A stretch of 64,000 nt of DNA. Origin: an uncultured virus (IMG/VR IMGVR_UViG_3300042868_009486). Taxonomy: Duplodnaviria > Heunggongvirae > Uroviricota > Caudoviricetes. This document shows, piece after piece, positions 49,263 to 59,305 of this stretch. Under the pieces are notes generated by a model that saw only the letters and a program-made list of their open reading frames with translations, had not been told where the DNA came from and did no database searches. Location of the stretch: IMG/VR virus record IMGVR_UViG_3300042868_009486, positions 1 through 64,000 of that record, one strand, 5' to 3'. Both the position numbers and the translations under genes were made by a program. How positions within the stretch are numbered: the stretch's first letter is position 1; every line of letters begins with the position of its first letter.

Positions 49263-49318
49263 TAATACTAGGCAGCAAGCTTGCTACTAGCTTTAAATAA
49301 ACTAGCACTAGACTAGAT

Positions 49319-49780
49319 ATGATTACTAAAAAAGATTTATTAAATAGAAATTACAAATCATTTTCTTTTTTGAATGAAGAAGAGGAAGATAAAAAAGATG
49401 AAAAAGAAACTAACAATTGGGACTTTGCAGAAATGATGTCTATTCTTTTACACTCACAAACTCAAGCCCATACATTACATCTCCAAACTGAATCCTATTC
49501 AGAACATAAAGCACTTCAAAATTATTATGAAGGTATTGATGGGATAGTTGACGGTTTAGTTGAATCTTTTCAAGGTAAATACGGTATTATTAAAGGATAT
49601 AAAAGTATGAACCTACAAGAATGGAAAAGTACTGAAGACACTGTAAAATACATGAAAGGTTTATGTGAAAAAGTTATAGAATTAAGAGATTGTTGTGAAG
49701 ATTCTTATATTCAAAATCAAATTGATACTGTTTGTGAATTAATTAATTCTACACTTTATAAATTAAGATTTTTAAAATAA
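49319..49780 (+). CDS. ferritin/Dps-like four-helix protein (DUF5856-like)
   Basis: H..HLQT.SYSEHKAL..YY...D...E..QG; NQID...LI..T.YKL.FL. Confidence 0.7.
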   Translation: MITKKDLLNRNYKSFSFLNEEEEDKKDEKETNNWDFAEMMSILLHSQTQAHTLHLQTESYSEHKALQNYYEGIDGIVDGLVESFQGKYGIIKGYKSMNLQEWKSTEDTVKYMKGLCEKVIELRDCCEDSYIQNQIDTVCELINSTLYKLRFLK

Positions 49781-49801
49781 AAGGCGTATCATCTGAGCAG
49801 G

Positions 49802-49830
49802 AAAACCGTGACGAAAGTTACGGTTTTTTT
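49802..49830. terminator. intrinsic terminator between convergent genes
   Basis: AAAACCGTGAC-GAAA-GTTACGGTTTT. Confidence 0.8.
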
Positions 49831-49832
49831 AT

Positions 49833-50414
49833 TTATGGTTCTTGAGATACTTGGGACATCCTACCAAACCCTTTGAATACCCTTCCATAATAACCACTTA
49901 AGACATTTTTTTGAATATTTACACCCTTATCTGTTGAAGAGTGTATCATATCTATAGTTCCATCTTCATTTACTGCGTGAACAATACCAATATGATCAAT
50001 ATCACTACTTTCTGTATTTGCATCAAAAAATATCATATCACCTACTTGTGCATTTTCTTTATCTATTTTCTCAGCACTATTAAAAAATGATTGTGCGGTA
50101 CCTCTCGGTATTGAAACCCCAGCATCATTATATGCCCATGTTACTAATCCACTACAATCAAACCCATCACTTTCACTTTCAGATCCCCACACATAAGGTT
50201 TACCAATTTGAGATTCTGCCGATGCAATAATTTTTGAACCTACTTCTGAAGTATATACATCTTTTGGTTTTCTTGTCTTAACACTTGACGAGTCTGAAAA
50301 ATCCAAAGACCCAATAGTTTGACCAACAGAGATTCCGCTCTCAGGATCGATCATCGATCCGAACTTACCACCTTGTTCGTAAATGTTTTCTTTGAGTATT
50401 TTTAATAATTTCAT
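49833..50414 (-). CDS. leader-bearing NlpC/P60 peptidase
   Basis: GKPYVWG...FDCSGL...GD..FF...HIGI...MIH; MKLLKILKE leader. Confidence 0.9.
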   Translation of the reverse strand: MKLLKILKENIYEQGGKFGSMIDPESGISVGQTIGSLDFSDSSSVKTRKPKDVYTSEVGSKIIASAESQIGKPYVWGSESESDGFDCSGLVTWAYNDAGVSIPRGTAQSFFNSAEKIDKENAQVGDMIFFDANTESSDIDHIGIVHAVNEDGTIDMIHSSTDKGVNIQKNVLSGYYGRVFKGFGRMSQVSQEP

Positions 50415-50520
50415 TTAGATATATTTTAATAAATATCATTTAATAACTAAATACCCATATTTGATAATCTAATTTGACTAAATGAAGTATTAGGTTTAGT
50501 ATTTCATATTTATTAATTAT

Positions 50521-52755
50521 ATGAAACATCTAATACTTTTATTCTTATTCCCCCTTTTTGCGTATTCGCAATTCTGTCCGGCATTAGGACCTGACCAAAT
50601 TCTTCCGTGTGGAGTTGGATCCACAACCTTAACTGCAGACCTTAGTCAGTGTGGTGTTGGTGGACCTACACCTAATCAAACAACAAACTATAGTGTTGCA
50701 CCAATCCCTTATGTGAATCAAACTAACACAGGTAATCAGTTATTCATGACTGATGACTCACAACAAGGTCCTTTTAACATTGGGTTTACCTTTTGTTTCT
50801 TTGGTCAGACTTATACTCAGTTTTGGGTGGGGTCAAATGGGTGGATTTCCTTCTCACCAGCACAACCAATAACCTTCACAACACAAACTATACCAACAGG
50901 TAATATAAATGTCCCTAAAAACTGTATTATGGGACCATGGCAAGACTGGCATCCTGGTATTGGTGGTCAGATCAGATACCAAACAACAGGAGTTGCTCCT
51001 TGTAGAAAGTTAATTGTGTCTTGGACTAACATGCCTATGTTCTCTTGCACTAATAACTTTGGAACATTCCATATTGTGATAAACGAATCAACAAATTATA
51101 TTGATAGTTACATTCAAAACAAACCTGCTTGTCTACAATGGCAGAATGGAACAGCAACACAAGGTATTCATAATCAATTAGGTACTATTGGAATTGCCGT
51201 TCCTGGTAGAAACTCATCTGTATGGACAGCAGTTAATGATGCTTACCGATGGACACCAACAGGACCGGTAGTTTTGCCAACTTTAACTTGGTACCAAGTC
51301 GGTAACCCAAATCCTATTGGTACAGGACCAACAATAACCGTTACCCCACCTGCTGCAGGTGCGAATTATACCTGTCAGTTTGTATACCCAACCTGTAATG
51401 CAGGATGGAACACTTGTAATGCGGGTCAAGGCAGTAATTTAGGACCTGACACAGTATTTGTTTTACCTGGTCCACCAAACCTACCTCAACCAATAATTAA
51501 TTTCGGTAACCCAACTTGTTTTCAAAGTTGCGATGGTTTTATTGATATTATTGCACAAGGTGGTAACGGAGTTCAAACAATTTCGTGGAACGGTCAATTA
51601 CCAAATAATTTTATAAATTTAAGTTTATGTGCCGGCACATATCCATTTACTATTACGGACGCACTTGGTTGTAGTGTTACGGGTGTCGTAAACTTAGTTG
51701 ACCCACCACAAGTAACTTTAACACCGATAGTTGGGTCAGACACTCTATGTTATAATTCGACAAACAATATTTTTAATGTTGGTAGTGTGTTTCCTAATTT
51801 GACATATAACTGGTCAACCAATTTAGGTAATATAACATCAGGTCAAGGAACACAACAAATTAATTTAGATGTAAGTGGTGAAAACAGTGGATTCTATAAT
51901 AATGTGTTATCTGTTTATGGAATTAACCAATTTGGGTGTATGAGTAACCCTGTAAACTTTTCGTTAGTTAATTTCAATTTATTACCCCAAGTTGCACAAA
52001 TCGGACCTTTTTGTGAATACGATGGGTGTACACCTCTTACTGCTGTCCCGGCTGGAGGAACATTTAGTGGTAATAATGTATGGTTGAATGATTATTGTCC
52101 CAACAATGGTTTTATTGGGGTTGATGGTGTAAGTTATTTTGTAACACAATCTGGTTGTTGGTTTGATACCACAATATCAGTAAATGTATTCCCAAGACCG
52201 ACCGTAATTCCTGTAATCGATGGGAGGGTTGGTGTTAATTATGAATATCACGAAATATGTGATGGGGACACAATACAAGATTTATATGAAGCACAATCAC
52301 CATTCGTTGGTTATAATGAATGGTATGTGTTTGGTGATACACTACAAGGACCCACAATTAGTTTAACTTGGGATCAAGAAGGTATATTTCAATTTGATGT
52401 TGTGAGATGGAGTAATGGTTGTATTTCTAATCCTGAAACGATTACCGTAGCTCTAAGTCTATGTCCGCAAGAATTGATTTATATACCTAATACATTTACT
52501 CCTGATGGTAATGAACATAATCAGTATTTTTTACCGGTAATAACTTCAGGTGTTGATTTATATCAGTATCGCATGACTATCTACAATCGTTGGGGAGAAG
52601 TGATATGGGAAAGTATGGATTCTAAAGTTGGTTGGGATGGTACATACAATAATGTTATATGTCCTGACGGTTCTTATACTTGGATTTTACAGTTTGGTGT
52701 GTCAAACACTGATGAGGTTAAAGAATATCACGGAAATTTAACAATAATAAGGTAG
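50521..52755 (+). CDS. secreted protein with T9SS type B (gliding-motility C-terminal) sorting domain
   Basis: Signal peptide; SprB/PKD-like repeats; YIPNTFTPDG...IYNRWGE...GWDGTY...G.LTIIR. Confidence 0.88.
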   Translation: MKHLILLFLFPLFAYSQFCPALGPDQILPCGVGSTTLTADLSQCGVGGPTPNQTTNYSVAPIPYVNQTNTGNQLFMTDDSQQGPFNIGFTFCFFGQTYTQFWVGSNGWISFSPAQPITFTTQTIPTGNINVPKNCIMGPWQDWHPGIGGQIRYQTTGVAPCRKLIVSWTNMPMFSCTNNFGTFHIVINESTNYIDSYIQNKPACLQWQNGTATQGIHNQLGTIGIAVPGRNSSVWTAVNDAYRWTPTGPVVLPTLTWYQVGNPNPIGTGPTITVTPPAAGANYTCQFVYPTCNAGWNTCNAGQGSNLGPDTVFVLPGPPNLPQPIINFGNPTCFQSCDGFIDIIAQGGNGVQTISWNGQLPNNFINLSLCAGTYPFTITDALGCSVTGVVNLVDPPQVTLTPIVGSDTLCYNSTNNIFNVGSVFPNLTYNWSTNLGNITSGQGTQQINLDVSGENSGFYNNVLSVYGINQFGCMSNPVNFSLVNFNLLPQVAQIGPFCEYDGCTPLTAVPAGGTFSGNNVWLNDYCPNNGFIGVDGVSYFVTQSGCWFDTTISVNVFPRPTVIPVIDGRVGVNYEYHEICDGDTIQDLYEAQSPFVGYNEWYVFGDTLQGPTISLTWDQEGIFQFDVVRWSNGCISNPETITVALSLCPQELIYIPNTFTPDGNEHNQYFLPVITSGVDLYQYRMTIYNRWGEVIWESMDSKVGWDGTYNNVICPDGSYTWILQFGVSNTDEVKEYHGNLTIIR

Positions 52756-52809
52756 ACTTACTTATATTTATTTTATGTGGAAACACATTAATTAATAAAA
52801 CTAAAAAAT

Positions 52810-53646
52810 ATGTTATTAAAGGTCGGATCTAAAGGAGAAGATGTAAAAAAATTACAGGTAAAACTTGGAGTCGAAGCAATAGGAACCTTCGGTCCAAAAA
52901 CTGAAGCGGCTGTGAAAGCTTGGCAAAAAGCAAACGGGTTAAAAGACGATGGTATTGTTGGAGATACAACATGGACAAAATTGTTCGGAGAACAATCGCC
53001 AAAAACAGAAGTCATTAAAGAAGATGTGGTTCTTCCAAAAGGGGGTCCATTAAATATTGAAAAGTTAAAAGGTCATATTCCTGATGCGGTTCTAACTCAA
53101 ATACCTGAGACGGCGGCTAAGTTTAATATTACAAATAATTTAAGGTTAGCACATTTCTTAGCTCAGTGTGGTCACGAATCGGGTAACTTTAAGGCGGTAA
53201 GTGAAAACTTAAATTATTCTGCGGATGGATTAAAGAAAATATTTGGTAAATATTTTCCAGGAAATTTGAACGAATCTTACGCTCGTAAACCTGAAAAAAT
53301 TGCAGCTCGTGTTTACGCATCAAGAATGGGTAATGGTGACGAAGCGTCAGGTGAAGGTTTCAAATTCAGAGGAAGAGGTTATATTCAATTGACAGGAAAG
53401 GCAAACTACACAAACTTTACAAAGTTTATTGGTGAGGATTGTGTTGCTAACCCTGACTTAGTAGCCACTAAATATCCATTAGCTTCCGCCGCGTTCTTTT
53501 TTGATTCAAATAAGTTATGGGCGATTTGTGATAAAGGTGCTGATGACGCTACCGTAACATCAGTTACTAAAAGAGTAAATGGTGGTACAATAGGTTTAGC
53601 CGATCGAATCAAACATTTCAAAGAGTATTACAACTTACTTAAATAA
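52810..53646 (+). CDS. endolysin: PG-binding domain plus GH19 glycosidase
   Basis: GSKGEDVKKLQ...FGPKTE.AV..WQ..GL..DG.VG; AHFLAQCGHES, FRGRGYIQLTG..NY, VNGG..GL.DR. Confidence 0.9.
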   Translation: MLLKVGSKGEDVKKLQVKLGVEAIGTFGPKTEAAVKAWQKANGLKDDGIVGDTTWTKLFGEQSPKTEVIKEDVVLPKGGPLNIEKLKGHIPDAVLTQIPETAAKFNITNNLRLAHFLAQCGHESGNFKAVSENLNYSADGLKKIFGKYFPGNLNESYARKPEKIAARVYASRMGNGDEASGEGFKFRGRGYIQLTGKANYTNFTKFIGEDCVANPDLVATKYPLASAAFFFDSNKLWAICDKGADDATVTSVTKRVNGGTIGLADRIKHFKEYYNLLK

Positions 53647-53674
53647 AAAAAACCCAACTTCGGTTGGGTTTTTT
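53646..53674. terminator. bidirectional intrinsic terminator
   Basis: AAAAAACCCAAC-TTCG-GTTGGGTTTTTT. Confidence 0.85.
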
Positions 53675-53675
53675 A

Positions 53676-55256
53676 TTATCTGTTTGGGTTATTTGCCTTT
53701 CTTTTTCTTTCAAACGCCTTATCTCTTTTTTTGTACATATTAGAGAGTCTTCGATCTGTTGTGTTTTGTGAAAGCCACTTACGACCACCGAATAATCCTT
53801 TTCTTAAGTACATTGATTTTTCTTTACTTCCTGGAATTAAAGAAAAATCTATATCAAAACCACCACCTTTGCGTCCTGTATATTTCAGTACGATAATTTT
53901 CTGTGTTATTTCACCTTTAAGTTGGTTCACTGATGCTCTAGTCCTTTGTTTTGTTTTTGTAACCGAAAAATCTATTAATATTTCAGAATATTGACCGGGA
54001 TTCGGAAATTCAGATGTTTTTGTTTCGTCTACTTTTCCACCTGTATTTGTGATACGAATTTCCGTCTCGATATCACTCGACCAATCAAAAGACTGTGATA
54101 ATTTAATTCCTGGTGTTTTTGCGATGTCAGTAAGAACCGCCTGAATTAACTTATTACCCCTTTCTTTCGCTAATTTAAAGTTTTTAATATTATTTCCTTT
54201 ACGATCTAAACTACCAATATCTTTGACTTTGGTGCCATTATTTTCATGAGTATAATCTAATATTTCATCTCTAACCCAAGTGTTACTTGCTGAAGACAAT
54301 ATTGATGCACTAGTCACATTAATTGTATATGTGCTATCACAGTTACCATCACCACATTCGATCATTTCTTTAACTGTAATTGCCGGATCACCATCACTAA
54401 ATGATACTGATGTTTTATAAACTATATCCAAAATTGTTTTCATCATGTTTGGGAGGAACATTTGGGGGTCAGAAGAACCAGCAACATACTTTCCAGGGAT
54501 TTTAGGAACAACAATTTCAAAACCACCAACGGTCGTGTATTTTTCGTCAGGTGACAGTTCCTTAATAGTTAATGGTTTAGATGCTCTCGCAAATAATGAT
54601 GATAGTATAGGTTTATTAATTACATTTGATGAGACATCACCCTCTTTTTTATCGTAATAAAAATATGAACCTTGTTTTGATAATATAGTACCTTCTTTAG
54701 AATTCGCCTCATTAAGGTTAAAGACTTCTTGATTCATTACTTGATTAAGACCCTCTAATGTTGATAAATCGCCTTTCGATGTCACACTTAACTTAACTAC
54801 CCCAACATCTTCGGGTTCTATAACAGAAAAGGACCATCTTTGTGATTTTTTAAAAAACTTTCTTAGTTTTTTTACACTTTCTTTATCTTCCTTATTAACT
54901 TTCTGTCCGTTGATAACCGCTTCTATTGCATTATAAAAACCTTCTGCAAACATATTTTTAGTTTCTGCTGGTAGTTTTTGATAATCCCCATCTTGTATTT
55001 CTGCAGACATTTTAGAATATACATCACCTGCGGTCGTCAGTTCTTTATCTAGTTCTTTATCGTATTCAAAACCTAAACCAATTTTAGTTGGACTTCTTTG
55101 AATTCCTCTCATGTTGAATTCGTTACCAAAAAGATCTGCACCTATATTAAAACCTCTTCTCTCTGTTTCTTGTTCATTAATTACTTTACTTGGGTCGTAA
55201 TTTGTCATAAAAGAAAACCTTTTGATTTCTTCTAATATTTTTTTTTCATTTTCCAT
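53676..55256 (-). CDS. leader-bearing large hypothetical protein
   Basis: ILEEIKRFSFMTNYDPSKVINEQ leader; TATTTAT on the - strand at 55272-55278. Confidence 0.75.
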   Translation of the reverse strand: MENEKKILEEIKRFSFMTNYDPSKVINEQETERRGFNIGADLFGNEFNMRGIQRSPTKIGLGFEYDKELDKELTTAGDVYSKMSAEIQDGDYQKLPAETKNMFAEGFYNAIEAVINGQKVNKEDKESVKKLRKFFKKSQRWSFSVIEPEDVGVVKLSVTSKGDLSTLEGLNQVMNQEVFNLNEANSKEGTILSKQGSYFYYDKKEGDVSSNVINKPILSSLFARASKPLTIKELSPDEKYTTVGGFEIVVPKIPGKYVAGSSDPQMFLPNMMKTILDIVYKTSVSFSDGDPAITVKEMIECGDGNCDSTYTINVTSASILSSASNTWVRDEILDYTHENNGTKVKDIGSLDRKGNNIKNFKLAKERGNKLIQAVLTDIAKTPGIKLSQSFDWSSDIETEIRITNTGGKVDETKTSEFPNPGQYSEILIDFSVTKTKQRTRASVNQLKGEITQKIIVLKYTGRKGGGFDIDFSLIPGSKEKSMYLRKGLFGGRKWLSQNTTDRRLSNMYKKRDKAFERKRKANNPNR

Positions 55257-55327
55257 TTAAAATATTTTAAAATAAATATCTTTAAAAATAAAAAAATGTA
55301 TATATTTGTGGTATAAACCACCTCCAC

Positions 55328-55948
55328 ATGAAAAGTCTATTAGTTTTTTTATCTTTTTTTATTTACACTTTTGGTTATACACAAACAACTATTTTTTCAG
55401 ATAGTGTTGAGTTTTATTTTTTAAAATATCTGAACGAACACAGAAAGACTTTGTATGGTGACTCTGTTGTTGATTTAACAATAAATAAAAATGCAAGTCT
55501 TGCGTGTGAGCATCATAACAATTATTTGTTTGATATGGTTTGGGTAAATAAACCACAAAATCAAGATAAGTCTTTCAAACAAGAAAAGTATTTTATTAGT
55601 CACGGGGAACCACAAAAAAGCACCACTAGTGACGGATCAACTTTTGAATACAAGGGTAAAACACAGTTAATTCCAAACTTTGCAGATAGAATCAGATACT
55701 ACAATACGAATAAAGACTTTGGACCTATTGGTGAGGTAATAAATAGTGGAGGGGTTAGACCATCTAATGAGGTTCAGGCAAAAAAAGTTTTAGAGTCTTT
55801 TTTAAATTCTCCACCACACAAAAAGATTTTGGAAGATAGAGACTACAAGTATATTGCCATTGATGTGATGATTAAGGGTTCTATGGTATCTACAGTTGTT
55901 GTGACAGGAACAGGACCTAATGAAGGATTAAAATTTAACGGACACTAA
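55328..55948 (+). CDS. secreted CAP/SCP-domain protein
   Basis: Signal peptide; LNEHR, A..H, SH, GE, FLNSPPHKKIL; TATATTTG at 55301. Confidence 0.75.
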   Translation: MKSLLVFLSFFIYTFGYTQTTIFSDSVEFYFLKYLNEHRKTLYGDSVVDLTINKNASLACEHHNNYLFDMVWVNKPQNQDKSFKQEKYFISHGEPQKSTTSDGSTFEYKGKTQLIPNFADRIRYYNTNKDFGPIGEVINSGGVRPSNEVQAKKVLESFLNSPPHKKILEDRDYKYIAIDVMIKGSMVSTVVVTGTGPNEGLKFNGH

Positions 55949-56004
55949 TTTTAACAAAACCTGATCATACGATTGGGTTTTGTTTTTATATACTATTTAT
56001 AGAT

Positions 56005-56688
56005 ATGAAAAAAGGATTAAACCCTAAACTTGACACCGGTGATAAAATCATTCTTGTCCATATGGATGGGGAGGATGTTGGTCCCGGAACTAAAGGTGAA
56101 GTTATAAAAGTAGAAAAAATACCTTCTTTCGGTGGTTCCGTTGATTACCAATACCGAGTGAATTGGTTTGATAATGATGGTAAAGTAATCAGTACTCTTT
56201 CATTATTACCCGATGTTGATGGGTGGTTAATGGATGAAGAAGAAAAAAAGGAAGACATACAAGAAATTAATTTTAAAAATCTTGATGACCTAATGGCTAA
56301 AGGTGATTTTTTAGCATGTTTTTCAACAAGAGATTTAGATGAGATATATAAGTTTTTGGAGCTTGAAAGAAGAATCGGTTCACACAATATGGCTACGGAA
56401 GGTGGTAAGTTTTTATTAATGGGTCCTGACTATATAAAAGATTTTTTCAAATTACAAAGTTACCACAGAACTCCTGATGAAGATAAGCAGATACTTATAG
56501 ATAAACTTGTTGGTCGATCCCAAGACATTTATGATTTGTTTGTAAGGGCATCCTTAAAATATCTTGAGAAAAAAAACGAAGAAATAAGTATTCCGAGGGT
56601 TCAAAGAACTATGGGTCGTTTGGCAACAACGGCTAAACAATTTTGGATGTTTGGAGGTAATAAATTTTTAAATAAAGAAATAGAATGA
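56005..56688 (+). CDS. hypothetical protein, SH3-like (DUF4314-like) N-terminal module plus a second module
   Basis: GDKIILVHM...PGTKGEV...VNW...LSLLPDVD.W; IQE junction; TATTTAT at 55994. Confidence 0.6.
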   Translation: MKKGLNPKLDTGDKIILVHMDGEDVGPGTKGEVIKVEKIPSFGGSVDYQYRVNWFDNDGKVISTLSLLPDVDGWLMDEEEKKEDIQEINFKNLDDLMAKGDFLACFSTRDLDEIYKFLELERRIGSHNMATEGGKFLLMGPDYIKDFFKLQSYHRTPDEDKQILIDKLVGRSQDIYDLFVRASLKYLEKKNEEISIPRVQRTMGRLATTAKQFWMFGGNKFLNKEIE

Positions 56689-57179
56689 GAGGATATTCAA
56701 TAATGTCTAATGATGAAAGACAAGAAATATTAAAAAAACACAGTGAATTATATAATGGTTATGCGGTAGGTAATATTCCATCTAATATGACTCCATTGAG
56801 GGTTTACGACGCCACTGGTGATAAAGAAGGAATTACTGTTAATTCTAGAGGTGAGGTTGGGAACTACAGAAATCATAATATTAATGAGATTACAGCAAAA
56901 CCACTCAACTATGATGAGATTACACCGGCGTATGACTTTGACTCTAAAGGTCCACAACAATCTATGACACAAATGGGTATGGGTAAAAGACCTTATGATT
57001 TTGAATCAAAGGGACCTTCGGATGTTTATGAATATGAAGTGGAGGAAGAAGTTTACGAAGAATCTAATTTAGATGATTTACTTAATAAGGATGAAGATTT
57101 ACAACAACAAAGAGATCAAATTGAGGAGAATGTATATAAATCATTAGATATGTTCAAAAGATTTCAAAAATACAATTAA
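56685..57179 (+). CDS. leader-bearing hypothetical protein
   Basis: MSNDERQEILKKH; internal YDF(D/E)SKGP repeat. Confidence 0.7.
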   Translation: MRGYSIMSNDERQEILKKHSELYNGYAVGNIPSNMTPLRVYDATGDKEGITVNSRGEVGNYRNHNINEITAKPLNYDEITPAYDFDSKGPQQSMTQMGMGKRPYDFESKGPSDVYEYEVEEEVYEESNLDDLLNKDEDLQQQRDQIEENVYKSLDMFKRFQKYN

Positions 57180-57484
57180 TGGAAGTAATTGAAGTTATAT
57201 CACATTATGTTGACAAAACTCAAAATATAATAAACATTGAGTTTAGGTTATTAGGCGACTCTGAAGATAATGTAAGAGAAGATATTATCGAATATTCTTT
57301 TTTTGAAGAGTTTGGTTTTGACAACAGTAAAGACTTTGATATTTTTGAATCAATAATCGACGAGGAGGACGAATGGGATAATGATGAATATGATTATATT
57401 AATAACGAAGATGACTTATTGACATTTTTGAATGAATATTATGTTGTGTATCCCGACAAACTACCTAAAACACAAATCAAATGA
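57179..57484 (+). CDS. acidic hypothetical protein
   Basis: Coupled ORF. Confidence 0.7.
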   Translation: MEVIEVISHYVDKTQNIINIEFRLLGDSEDNVREDIIEYSFFEEFGFDNSKDFDIFESIIDEEDEWDNDEYDYINNEDDLLTFLNEYYVVYPDKLPKTQIK

Positions 57485-58818
57485 AAAAGATTTTTAATTT
57501 ACAAGAGGATTTTGTTAACGAACCAAATGTTGCAGTAATCGGTGATGAAATTGCCTACTTGTTGGATAATTCAGATTTATTTAGACCAATAGACCTTATA
57601 GATCCAAACATCGATGTCAATCTATTATTGATGCAACTTACTAGACAAGAACCATATCCATTTGTTGATACTTTGTTTTTTTCTGTTGGGTCAAACGATT
57701 TATTTGACCCAAATACGAGCATATCGGCATTAGTTAATGAACTTTCAAGAGTATTTCCTAATGCTGAACTTTATTTGATGAAAGGATATATTGATATCGA
57801 TGAATATGACTTTGATGACGAACAATGGGACAAAATTGGTGATGATGAAATCATATTTCATCAGATGTTAGAAAAAGACAAAGTAAATGTTGTCGGTAAC
57901 TACTTTTCTTTTGGGGATGAGGTACTTTCAAAGGGTAGTAAAGTTATAAGAAACCTAAGAGGGGTTGTTGATAATTTTATTAACGATGGTGGATTTGAAT
58001 TTGAAAATGAAGATCAAAAAGAAATTTTACAGAAAAACCAAAACCTTAATATTAATGACGAAACAGATTACGACACGATATATGAGTTTTTAGATAACTT
58101 CGATTTAATTGTTAAATCAAAAAATAGTTACAGTATTGATGACAGGTTTAGTGATATTGATGATGTTAGGATTATTAAAATAGCATTATCATTCTTAGGG
58201 TATGGGGACTTGACCGAAAATGGGTTTTACGATGAAGAAACAGAAAAGGCGGTAAAAAAGTTCCAAATGGATAATACAATTCAACCAACAGGTATATCTG
58301 ATAATGACACTTTAGAGGAATTAATTTATGAATTAAGAGTTCATGGATTTGATGAGGATGACTTGAGTAAGTTTTTAAGTAAAATATTAAAAGATGTTGA
58401 ACCTGAAGATGAATTCGAGATGATTAACAGGTCCGTTTCGGATTTCAAACAAGAAATGTCTAATATTGGCGTACAACTAAAGGGTGGTGGTGCAGATATA
58501 GATAGTGGAGGAAATGTTGATCCTAAGTTTTTAGGTATTGTAACATCACTATTTCAGGAATTTAAAAAAATGGTTCCTAACGCAAATTTAGTTGTGACAT
58601 CTGGAAATGATAAATTCCATCATGGATTAAATTATACTAGTCTACACTCTATGGGTAAGGCTTTAGATGTTACTTTGGATGGGGGTTATCATCGCCAATT
58701 TATAAATCTATTGAATAATTATAAAGGTCAATATTCTGGATTCGGTTATATTGACGAATATAATGACCCCTCGGATGCTTCCACAGGTCCTCACTTCCAT
58801 TTACAATACAAAGGATAA
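57481..58818 (+). CDS. multi-domain protein: SGNH-like N-terminus, PG-binding domain, M15-like Zn peptidase
   Basis: VIGD...SVGSND; G.YD.ETEKAVKKFQ....PTG; TSG...S.H..GKALD...HFH. Confidence 0.7.
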   Translation: MKKIFNLQEDFVNEPNVAVIGDEIAYLLDNSDLFRPIDLIDPNIDVNLLLMQLTRQEPYPFVDTLFFSVGSNDLFDPNTSISALVNELSRVFPNAELYLMKGYIDIDEYDFDDEQWDKIGDDEIIFHQMLEKDKVNVVGNYFSFGDEVLSKGSKVIRNLRGVVDNFINDGGFEFENEDQKEILQKNQNLNINDETDYDTIYEFLDNFDLIVKSKNSYSIDDRFSDIDDVRIIKIALSFLGYGDLTENGFYDEETEKAVKKFQMDNTIQPTGISDNDTLEELIYELRVHGFDEDDLSKFLSKILKDVEPEDEFEMINRSVSDFKQEMSNIGVQLKGGGADIDSGGNVDPKFLGIVTSLFQEFKKMVPNANLVVTSGNDKFHHGLNYTSLHSMGKALDVTLDGGYHRQFINLLNNYKGQYSGFGYIDEYNDPSDASTGPHFHLQYKG

Positions 58819-58855
58819 ATCTTATTTTTCTTATTGTTAAAGTATTTATTAGTAA

Positions 58856-59305
58856 ATGAAAAATTTACAAGAGAGCATATCACGCATCAAAAATTTGATG
58901 AATATCTTAGAAGGATCAACGGAGTTTACAAAAGATCCGTATGGTGACTATGCGGACGACCAAGACCCAAGACAAACAGGACCATCACAATATGGTGTAA
59001 ATCCAGAAATGGACAAAGAAATGGATAGTTATGATTCTGATGGGATGGGTGAAGGTGAAATCAAAGAAGAGGGTGAAGAAACTGCAACTACAACAGATAC
59101 TACCACAGATACCACTACTGATACCGCATCTTCAGGGGGAGGTACTGTAAGTAAGTGGGAAAGTGGAGTCAATAGATCTAAGGGAAACCCTGTCGGGAAC
59201 ACTGTTTGGGATAGTGGGAGAACTAAAGGTCCGACTTACCAAGGTACGGGTTATAAATGGACTTCAGGAAGAGGTTACGGACCAACAGGAAAATACGCAT
59301 CATGA
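58856..59305 (+). CDS. leader-bearing low-complexity protein with W-x-S-G repeats
   Basis: MKNLQESISRIKNLMNILE; KWESG, VWDSG, KWTSG. Confidence 0.75.
   Translation: MKNLQESISRIKNLMNILEGSTEFTKDPYGDYADDQDPRQTGPSQYGVNPEMDKEMDSYDSDGMGEGEIKEEGEETATTTDTTTDTTTDTASSGGGTVSKWESGVNRSKGNPVGNTVWDSGRTKGPTYQGTGYKWTSGRGYGPTGKYAS

Noticed and set aside
49781..49830. Ribozyme or riboswitch near CTGAGCAGG...GAAA
   Set aside because: Hammerhead core and stems are not satisfied; the stem-loop is explained as a terminator between convergent genes
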